Source: an uncultured Gammaproteobacteria bacterium
Lineage (GTDB): Bacteria > Pseudomonadota > Gammaproteobacteria > UBA9214
NCBI GenBank assembly: GCA_963773065.1
Contig: CAVYZN010000006.1
Location: forward strand, 96,001 to 160,000
Direction of reading: 5' to 3'
Length of the DNA: 64,000 nucleotides
A program made the translations under genes and the position numbers. Numbering within the stretch: position 1 is the stretch's first letter; each line of letters opens with the position of its first letter. The notes below the pieces were generated by a model that saw only the letters and a program-made list of their open reading frames with translations, did not search any database and was not told where the DNA came from. Shown here piece after piece: positions 56,557-64,000 of this stretch.

Positions 56557-56790
56557 ATGGAAATGACTGTATATGATTATGGCCTGAGAAGTTGTGCCAC
56601 GTGTGCCTATTGGGGCGGGCCAAGAAAAGCCGTCAACATGAGGACTGGCGTAAATATCAACAAGTACGAGACAGGGCCGTGTGGCCACCAGAACAGACGC
56701 GGAGTAGTGTGTAGTGAAAATGCCGTTTGTCAGAATTTCTTAAGATGGTCTGCGATTAATGATCACTCGCTGCAAATAATCACGGGATAG
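56557..56790 (+). CDS. Small Cys-rich hypothetical protein
   Basis: 77 aa, CATCAYW...C...C...C..F.RW; purine-rich RBS. Confidence 0.55.
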   Translation: MEMTVYDYGLRSCATCAYWGGPRKAVNMRTGVNINKYETGPCGHQNRRGVVCSENAVCQNFLRWSAINDHSLQIITG

Positions 56791-57101
56791 ATTCAGTCCT
56801 CCCGGCAGCTCCATTTCCATAATGCAACGTCACTACAGGCGACTGCAGGTATTGGCAAAAGGCCGTAGCGTACCTGTCAATTGAAACAATAATCCCAAAT
56901 CAGGCATGTCAAGCCCTTTGAAGCACAGTGGCAAGTTATTAACATTCCTGTGAGGGGGCTGAAAAATGGCGCAGAATCCGCGTCATCCCCGCTGCCTGCG
57001 TTGTTTCTTATTGTATTAAAACATTATTTCATTTACCTAGGATGGCCACATTGGTCATCCGACGGGAATCGTGACGTAGCTGGTTCCGGGTTTCGAATAA
57101 T

Positions 57102-57138
57102 CTATCCACATAGTTATCCACAGGTTTTTCATAGATAA
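57102..57138. promoter_or_regulatory. DnaA-box cluster
   Basis: CTATCCACA, TTATCCACA (perfect) and a degenerate opposed box. Confidence 0.55.
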
Positions 57139-57273
57139 CTCTTTGCCATTAAAAGGAATTGCAAAGCATTCTCACTATCTCTCGACCGGCTGTACGGCAG
57201 CTGTGATATGCTTTTTACAAACCGGAACAACAACAAATGCCTAGGTAATGCCTGGCATGAACCGGAGATCACC

Positions 57274-57630
57274 ATGCAAAACACCTTGTCCCCGCCACCG
57301 CAAGATTTTGATGAATGGTCGACTCTCGCCCGTTCAGACCCGCAAGCCTTCGAGAATTTCCGCGAGCGGATCATCAATGAGGCTATATTGCGCGCACCAG
57401 CACACAAGCAACTGCGCCTGCGCCGCCTGCAATGGAAGTTGAACCAGATCCGTAAAACCTCACGCACCCCCATGATCGCCTGCCTGCGTATGAACCGGAT
57501 GCTATGGGAGGCTGTCGTCGGCGATAAAGGTCTCCTCAATTGCCTTTTCCTGCCAGACAGCTCACGGCTACGGTCTGCAGCCGCGGACAAACCTTCCGCT
57601 GTGATCCTCCCTTTCAGGCAGCCCCGATAG
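57274..57630 (+). CDS. DUF3135-family protein
   Basis: DFDEWSTLARSDPQAFE...RLRRLQWKL. Confidence 0.75.
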   Translation: MQNTLSPPPQDFDEWSTLARSDPQAFENFRERIINEAILRAPAHKQLRLRRLQWKLNQIRKTSRTPMIACLRMNRMLWEAVVGDKGLLNCLFLPDSSRLRSAAADKPSAVILPFRQPR

Positions 57631-57731
57631 GGTCGGGGCAGTCCAGTCCTTCACAAAACAGGTGCTACGCTTTATGCTTCGTGCCTTGTTTTACCCTTGA
57701 TAAATCGACCAATCTTCCGGTACCCGTACAC

Positions 57732-58367
57732 ATGATCACGGAACTGATTGCGGACTTGGCGGTTCGAATTCTGGAGGCCACCGGTTATCTCGGAGCCGGA
57801 TTGCTGATGGCCCTGGAAAGCATGATCGCTCCGGTGCCGAGCGAGGCCGTCATGCCCTTCGTAGGGTTCCTCGTTGCCGATGGCAAATGGAGCTTCTGGC
57901 CGTCGGTCGCCGTCGCCAGCCTGGGTTCGCTCGCCGGCTCGGCGATCTCCTACGCGATGGGCTATTACGGCGGGCGTCCGTTCGTGCTCCGGGTCGGAAA
58001 ATATCTCCTGCTCAATCCGCATGACCTCGAATGGACCGAGCGCTTCTTCCATGAACGCCGCGGCACCTGGACGCTCTTCTTCTGTCGCTTCATCCCGGTC
58101 GTGCGGCATGTCATCTCCATCCCGGCGGGTACGGGGCGGATGCCGTGGGCGCCGTTCCTGCTGGCCACGGGGGCGGGCGCCACGCTCTGGAATACGTTCC
58201 TGCTCCTGTGCGGCATGAAACTGCGCGAGCACTGGCACGTGGTACAACAGTACTCCCATCAGGTGGATGTCGTCGTGCTGGTGCTGCTGGCCGCGGGCGC
58301 GGCCTGGTTCTATTACTCGCGGCGACACCGCCCGGCGGCGGATGCCCTGCCCAGACGTCGGGGATGA
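57732..58367 (+). CDS. DedA-family membrane protein
   Basis: LESMIAPVPSE, RFIPVVRHVISIPAG. Confidence 0.9.
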   Translation: MITELIADLAVRILEATGYLGAGLLMALESMIAPVPSEAVMPFVGFLVADGKWSFWPSVAVASLGSLAGSAISYAMGYYGGRPFVLRVGKYLLLNPHDLEWTERFFHERRGTWTLFFCRFIPVVRHVISIPAGTGRMPWAPFLLATGAGATLWNTFLLLCGMKLREHWHVVQQYSHQVDVVVLVLLAAGAAWFYYSRRHRPAADALPRRRG

Positions 58368-58476
58368 ACGAGGCGCGTCCGGCTCTTTCATGAATCGAAC
58401 CGCTGGGACGCCGGGGTTTCCTGTCTTCAATTCACGTCAGGTTTTCCTGACGTCATGGCGGTGAATGATCCGGGTC

Positions 58477-58947
58477 TCAGCGACCCGCGCCGGACAGGGC
58501 GGCGATCTTGTGGGTCAGCAGCATGCTGGCCAGCACCGCGAGGGAAAACAGATAGATGCCGAAATGGACCGTTATATTGGCGATGGCCCCCAGTTTCACG
58601 GTGACCACGAGTATCGCCACCACGAAGACATCGAGCATCGACCACTTGCCGAGGAAGGACAGGACATGCAACTGCCGGTGCCGCCATGTGTCATCGCCAT
58701 CCCGGCCCCGCAGCAGACGGTACAAGAGGTACATCTTGTAGACCGGCATCAGGATGCTGAATGAAAACACGATGATGAACAGCAGCGGTTCGCCTTCCGT
58801 TAGCAGATAAAGGATACCGGACGCCAGTGAAAACGTGTCATTGAATATGTAGAACTGGCTGAAGGTGAACATGGGCAGGACCGCGCCGACGACCAGCATG
58901 GCCGAGACGATAGCCCAGGCGAATTTGAGTCTGGTCAAGGAAGACAT
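58477..58947 (-). CDS. Paraquat-inducible protein A-like membrane protein
   Basis: FSILMP, GKWSMLDVFVVAI. Confidence 0.85.
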   Translation of the reverse strand: MSSLTRLKFAWAIVSAMLVVGAVLPMFTFSQFYIFNDTFSLASGILYLLTEGEPLLFIIVFSFSILMPVYKMYLLYRLLRGRDGDDTWRHRQLHVLSFLGKWSMLDVFVVAILVVTVKLGAIANITVHFGIYLFSLAVLASMLLTHKIAALSGAGR

Positions 58948-58981
58948 TCCCGGTGATTACCGAAAACTACGCTGACGTGCC

Positions 58982-59085
58982 TCATGCCGGGTAACTCCTT
59001 CCGTGACACGCCGTGAATACTTCCTTGTAGGCTCAACGGCCGCATCCCTGCGGCCGACGGTCACTGAAGGAGTTACCCGGCATGA
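58982..59085. repeat. Structured intergenic element, copy 2
   Basis: 20+5-bp stem enclosing CGCCGTGAATACTTCCTTGTAGG plus a second hairpin. Confidence 0.75.
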
Positions 59086-59169
59086 AGTGGCTCTCGGGGT
59101 CGTGGCAAAATCCTGGTAGCAACGACAGGGCCGAATCGAGAGACACCAGGGTGACCGGTACTGTAGCGC

Positions 59170-60234
59170 TTACTGATGGTACGGCCGGCTGAGTTCATGC
59201 ACCGCATCGACCATTACGCCGGCGTGTTCCGGGTTCACATCCGGGTTGATGCCGTGGCCGAGATTGAAGACATGCCCGGAGCCCTTGCCGAACATGGCAA
59301 GCACCTCGGCGACCCGCTCGCGGATGACAGCCGGCGCGGCGTACAGCACGGCCGGGTCCAGATTGCCCTGCAAGGCAACCCGGTCGCCCACGCGCTTGCG
59401 CGCCAGCGCCAGGTCGGTCGACCAGTCGATGCCGAGGGCATCCGCGCCGGTATCGGCCATCGCCTCCAGCCACTGGCAACCGCCCTTGGTAAATAGGATG
59501 ACCGGGACCTTGTTTCCTTCGTATTCCCGTGTCAGGCCGGCGACGATGCGCCGCATGTACTGCAGCGAGAAGCCGGCATAGTCGCCGGGCGTCAGCACGC
59601 CGCCCCAGGTATCGAAGATCATGACGGCCTGCGCGCCGGCGGCGATCTGGGCATTGAGGTAGCCGGTCACCGAAGTTGTCACCTTTTCCAGCATGCGGTG
59701 CAGCAGCGCCGGTTCGTTGTAGAGCATGCCCTTGACGCGTGAGAAGCTCTTCGTCGAACCGCCTTCGACCATGTAGGTGGCCAGTGTCCAGGGGCTGCCG
59801 GAGAAGCCGATCAGCGGGACCCGGCCGTCGAGTTGCTTGCGGATCAGGCGAACGGCGTCTGTGACGTAACGCAGTTCCGTTTCCGGGTCGGGATTTCCCA
59901 GCGCCTGGACGTCGGCCGCGGTGCGTACCGGCTTGCGAAAGCGCGGGCCTTCCCCCTCCTCAAAATACAGACCCAGGCCCATGGCGTCCGGGATGGTGAG
60001 GATGTCGGAAAACAGGATGGCGGCATCGAGCGGATAGCGCTCGATCGGTTGCAGCGTGACTTCGCAGGCGAGCTCCGGGTTGGTGCACAGGTCCATGAAA
60101 CTGCCGGCGCGTTTGCGCGTTTCACGGTATTCCGGCAGATAGCGGCCCGCCTGGCGCATCATCCACACGGGGGTGACATCGACGGGCTGGCGCAGCAGGG
60201 CGCGGATCAGACGGTCGTTTTTCAATTTGGGCAT
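59170..60234 (-). CDS. hemE: Uroporphyrinogen decarboxylase
   Basis: [30 protein letters not shown]. Confidence 0.97.
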   Translation of the reverse strand: MPKLKNDRLIRALLRQPVDVTPVWMMRQAGRYLPEYRETRKRAGSFMDLCTNPELACEVTLQPIERYPLDAAILFSDILTIPDAMGLGLYFEEGEGPRFRKPVRTAADVQALGNPDPETELRYVTDAVRLIRKQLDGRVPLIGFSGSPWTLATYMVEGGSTKSFSRVKGMLYNEPALLHRMLEKVTTSVTGYLNAQIAAGAQAVMIFDTWGGVLTPGDYAGFSLQYMRRIVAGLTREYEGNKVPVILFTKGGCQWLEAMADTGADALGIDWSTDLALARKRVGDRVALQGNLDPAVLYAAPAVIRERVAEVLAMFGKGSGHVFNLGHGINPDVNPEHAGVMVDAVHELSRPYHQ

Positions 60235-60444
60235 ATTTTTCTACCGCAAAGGCGCAAAGAGCGCAGTAGTTATTATTACTGGCATCATCCCTTCGGGCCT
60301 TAGCTGTTTCCAGGTCCGGAGAATATACCCCGGTTGGCGCTGTCGGGCATTGCGTTAACACCGGAAAAAACAAGCCGCCTAGCACATGAGCCCGCATTGT
60401 CATGTCGGTGCGCATGGCGCACCCTGCGTATTGGTTTCCCAACG

Positions 60445-61887
60445 CTACCGCGGCAAATCGGACGCCCCCATTAAAAACTCATCGATGGCCCGCGCGCATT
60501 GCCGCCCTTCGCGGATGGCCCAGACCACCAGTGATTGGCCGCGGCGCATGTCGCCCGCGGCGAACACCCCGGGCCGGGATGTCTGGTAGCGGTCGGTGTC
60601 GGCCTGTACATTGCCGCGCGCATCCAGCGACACACCCAGTTCCTGCAGCATGCCTTCGCGTACGGGGTGGACAAAGCCCATGGCGAGCAGCACCAGGTCG
60701 GCCTTGAGCCGGAACTCGCTGCCGGGGTTCTCTTCCATGTTCCAGCGGCCGCTATTATCCCGGTTCCAGTTCAGCCGCACACAGTTGATGGCGGTGACCG
60801 TGCCGTTCCTGCCCTCGATGGATTTGGTGGCCACGGCCCAGTCACGCCGGGCGCCTTCTTCCTGGGAACTCGAAGTGCGCAGCTTGTTGGGCCAGTCGGG
60901 CCATGTCAGCCCCTTGTCCTCCTTATCCGGCGGGCGGGGGAGGATCTCCAACTGGGTCACGGAAAGCGCGCCCTGGCGGAACGAGGTGCCGATGCAGTCG
61001 GAGCCGGTGTCGCCGCCGCCGATCACGATGACATGCTTGTCCTTGGCGGTTATTGACTGCGCGGGGTCGATCTCGTCCCCGGCATTGCGCCGGTTCTGCT
61101 GCGGCAGGAAGGTCATGGCGAAGTGGACGCCGTCCAGGTCCCTGCCGGGTACTTCCAGATCGCGCGGCTGCTCGGCCCCGCCGGTTAGCGCCATCGCATC
61201 GAATGCATCCAGTAGTTTCCGGGTCGGCGTGGTGACGCCGATGTGTATGTTGGTGTGGAAGGTCACGCCCTCGGCGCGCATCTGCGCGATGCGCCGGTCG
61301 ATGCCGTGCTTTTCCATCTTGAAGTCGGGAATGCCGTAGCGCAGCAGCCCGCCGATGCGGTCATGCTTCTCGAAGACCTCGACCTCATGCCCGACGCGCG
61401 CCAGTTGCTGGGCGCAGGCAAGCCCCGCGGGTCCGGACCCGACGACGGCGACGCGCCTGCCGGTCCTGTGTCTGGCGATCTGCGGGGTGACCCAGTTATT
61501 CTCCCAGGCCTTGTCGATGATGGCGCATTCAATGGTCTTGATCGTTACCGGGTTGTCGTCGATGTTCAGGGTGCAGGCGGCCTCGCACGGCGCGGGGCAG
61601 ATGCGGCCGGTGAATTCCGGGAAGTTGTTGGTTGAATGCAGCACCGCGAGGGCTTCCCGCCACTCACCCCTGTAGACCAGATCATTCCAGTCCGGAATGA
61701 GGTTGTTGACCGGACAGCCCTGGTGACAGAAGGGTATGCCACAGTCCATGCAGCGGGCGCCTTGGCGACCTGCCTCCTTTTCATCCAGCGGGATGAGGAA
61801 TTCCCGGTAATGGTTCACCCGGTCGGCGGGCGGTGCATACGAGCGGTCAACCCGTTCGAATTCCATGAATCCGGTGGGTTTGCCCAT
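60445..61887 (-). CDS. gltD: Glutamate synthase small subunit
   Basis: [31 protein letters not shown]. Confidence 0.96.
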   Translation of the reverse strand: MGKPTGFMEFERVDRSYAPPADRVNHYREFLIPLDEKEAGRQGARCMDCGIPFCHQGCPVNNLIPDWNDLVYRGEWREALAVLHSTNNFPEFTGRICPAPCEAACTLNIDDNPVTIKTIECAIIDKAWENNWVTPQIARHRTGRRVAVVGSGPAGLACAQQLARVGHEVEVFEKHDRIGGLLRYGIPDFKMEKHGIDRRIAQMRAEGVTFHTNIHIGVTTPTRKLLDAFDAMALTGGAEQPRDLEVPGRDLDGVHFAMTFLPQQNRRNAGDEIDPAQSITAKDKHVIVIGGGDTGSDCIGTSFRQGALSVTQLEILPRPPDKEDKGLTWPDWPNKLRTSSSQEEGARRDWAVATKSIEGRNGTVTAINCVRLNWNRDNSGRWNMEENPGSEFRLKADLVLLAMGFVHPVREGMLQELGVSLDARGNVQADTDRYQTSRPGVFAAGDMRRGQSLVVWAIREGRQCARAIDEFLMGASDLPR

Positions 61888-61889
61888 GT

Positions 61890-64000
61890 TCAATGTCCTC
61901 CACCGGCAGCCTGTGTCGCCGGCACCTTCGCGGCCTCCATTTCCTGCAGTGCGCGCCGGTAATCCACCGGCATCACCTTGACGAATTTCGGCAGATAGTC
62001 GTTCCAGTTGTCCAGGATATGGCGGCCGCGTGAGCTGCCGGTGTAATGCACATGCCGCTCGATCAATTGCCGCAGTCGCCTGCCGTCATGGCGGGTCATG
62101 CCATGGCGGATGTCGACCAGCCCATGCGTTTCCATATCGCCACCCTGGTGATCGAGCTGTTCCAGGGCATCGGCCTCGGCGGCGATGGGTTCAAGTTCAA
62201 CCATGGCGAGGTTGCAGCGCTGCTCGAAGTCGCCGCGTTCATCCAGCACGTAGGCGATGCCGCCGCTCATGCCGGCGGCGAAGTTGCGCCCGGAATCACC
62301 GAGCACGACGACGATGCCCCTGGTCATGTATTCACAGCCGTGGTCACCGACCCCTTCGACCACCGCCGTGGCGCCCGAGTTGCGCACCGCGAACCGTTCA
62401 CCGGCCACGCCGCGGAAATAGCACTCCCCGCTGATGGCGCCGTACAGGACGGTATTGCCGACTATGATGTTTTCCTCGGCGAGGATCGGAGCCTCCGCGG
62501 GCGGATAAACCACCAGCCGGCCGCCGCTCAGCCCCTTGCCGACGTAGTCGTTGCCCTCGCCGATGAGCTCGATGCTGACGCCGTGCGCGACGAAGGCGCC
62601 GAAGCTCTGGCCGGCCGTCCCGCGCAGGGTGATGCTGATGGTGTCCTCGGGCAGCCCCGCATGGCCGTAGCGGCGCGCGACTTCACCGGAGAGCATGGTG
62701 CCGACGGTCCGGTTGGTATTGCACACCGGCAGCTCGATGCGCACCGGCGTCCCGTTTTCCAGCGCCGGCCGCGCCAGCCGGATCAGTTCATTATCGAGCG
62801 CCTTGTCCAGGCCGTGGTCCTGGGTTTCGCAGTGATGAATGGCGGCGCCGGGCGCGGCGGCGGGTTTGTACAGGATGCGCGAGTAGTCGAGTCCCCGTGC
62901 CTTCCAGTGATTGATGGCATGGCGCATGCTGAGGTGCTGGGACTGGCCGATCATGTCGTCGAACTTCCGGTAGCCGAGTTTCGCCATCAGCTCGCGTATC
63001 TCCTCCGCGACGAAGAAGAAGTAATTCACCACGTGCTCCGGTTTTCCGGTAAAGCGCTGGCGCAGCACCGGGTCCTGGGTGGCGACGCCGACCGGGCAGG
63101 TGTTGAGATGGCATTTGCGCATCATGATGCAACCTTCCACGATCAGCGGCGCGGTCGCGAAACCGAACTCATCCGCGCCGAGCAGGGCGCCCACGACCAC
63201 ATCGCGCCCGGTGCGCATGCCGCCGTCGACCTGCACGGCGATGCGCCCGCGCAGGCCGTTCATCACCAGCGTCTGGTGGGTTTCGGCGAGCCCGATCTCC
63301 CAGGGCGAACCGGCATGCTTGATCGAGGTGAGCGGGCTCGCGCCAGTGCCCCCATCATACCCGGCGATGGTGACGTGGTCGGCGTACGCCTTGGCGACAC
63401 CCGCGGCGACCGTGCCGACGCCTACCTCGGAGACCAGCTTGACGCTGATGTCGGCCTTCGGGTTGGCGTTTTTCAGGTCATGAATCAGTTGTTTCAGGTC
63501 CTCGATGGAATAGATGTCGTGATGCGGCGGCGGCGAGATGAGACCGACCCCCGGCGTCGAATGGCGCACCTGCGCGATGATCGCATCCACCTTGTGGCCG
63601 GGCAGTTGGCCGCCTTCACCGGGTTTTGCGCCCTGCGCGATCTTGATCTGGATGACGTCGGAGTTGACCAGGTACTCGGTGGTCACGCCAAAGCGTCCGG
63701 CGGCCACCTGCTTGATGGCGGAGCGCTTGGAATCGCCGTTCTCCATGGGCTTGAAACGTTCCGGCTGCTCGCCGCCCTCGCCGGTGTTGGACTTGCCGCC
63801 GATGCGGTTCATGGCAATGGCAAGGGTCGTGTGCGCCTCGTAAGAGATGGAGCCGAAGGACATCGCGCCGGTCGCGAAACGCTTGACGATTTCCTTCGCG
63901 GGTTCCACTTCCTCGAGCGGCACCGGCTGGTCCGCGAAATTGAATTCAAACAGGCCGCGCAGGGTCAGCAGGCGTTCGTTCTGCTCATTGACGAGCCGAG
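61890..64000 (-). CDS. gltB: Glutamate synthase large subunit, 3' part
   Basis: [53 protein letters not shown] domain. Confidence 0.97.
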   Translation of the reverse strand, partial: RLVNEQNERLLTLRGLFEFNFADQPVPLEEVEPAKEIVKRFATGAMSFGSISYEAHTTLAIAMNRIGGKSNTGEGGEQPERFKPMENGDSKRSAIKQVAAGRFGVTTEYLVNSDVIQIKIAQGAKPGEGGQLPGHKVDAIIAQVRHSTPGVGLISPPPHHDIYSIEDLKQLIHDLKNANPKADISVKLVSEVGVGTVAAGVAKAYADHVTIAGYDGGTGASPLTSIKHAGSPWEIGLAETHQTLVMNGLRGRIAVQVDGGMRTGRDVVVGALLGADEFGFATAPLIVEGCIMMRKCHLNTCPVGVATQDPVLRQRFTGKPEHVVNYFFFVAEEIRELMAKLGYRKFDDMIGQSQHLSMRHAINHWKARGLDYSRILYKPAAAPGAAIHHCETQDHGLDKALDNELIRLARPALENGTPVRIELPVCNTNRTVGTMLSGEVARRYGHAGLPEDTISITLRGTAGQSFGAFVAHGVSIELIGEGNDYVGKGLSGGRLVVYPPAEAPILAEENIIVGNTVLYGAISGECYFRGVAGERFAVRNSGATAVVEGVGDHGCEYMTRGIVVVLGDSGRNFAAGMSGGIAYVLDERGDFEQRCNLAMVELEPIAAEADALEQLDHQGGDMETHGLVDIRHGMTRHDGRRLRQLIERHVHYTGSSRGRHILDNWNDYLPKFVKVMPVDYRRALQEMEAAKVPATQAAGGGH

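Noticed and set aside
56800-57200. oriC
   Set aside because: Only two good DnaA boxes and no dnaA/gidA/parAB context
60237-60268. ACCGCAAAGGCGCAAAGAGCGCAG short repeat remnant upstream of hemE
   Set aside because: Single short copy in the window; too little to support a call

Overview
Chromosomal window from a GC-rich, probably gammaproteobacterial genome. Scattered single-base frameshifts in housekeeping genes suggest uncorrected long-read errors. Layout: (1-14.2 kb) a remodelled surface-polysaccharide locus (wzx, methyltransferase, sulfotransferase, epimerase, WbpL/WbpM-like genes, asnB, ABC exporter) with an MNT-HEPN toxin-antitoxin pair between manC remnants; (15-22.3 kb) a sphingolipid-type cluster (ACP, serine palmitoyltransferase, murA, Sfp-type PPTase) divergent from two ELM1-like genes; (26-35 kb) a patchwork region downstream of tamAB; (35-64 kb) mostly core genes (tamAB, mscS, corA, rimB/rimK, fieF, trxC, cbpMA, hemH, dedA, pqiA, hemE, gltDB) plus an IS-bracketed PAS/kinase insert. 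The best candidate for an undescribed system is the 26-35 kb region. Four co-oriented ~85-bp GGGGACATTC...GAATGTCCCC hairpins join unrelated gene fragments and integron-cassette-like cargo. One has a ladder of progressively longer left-end copies, and one marks the start of a diverged second copy of the tamB 3' end. No cognate enzyme is encoded in the window, so the mechanism is inference. All calls come from reading motifs by eye; no database searches were run.
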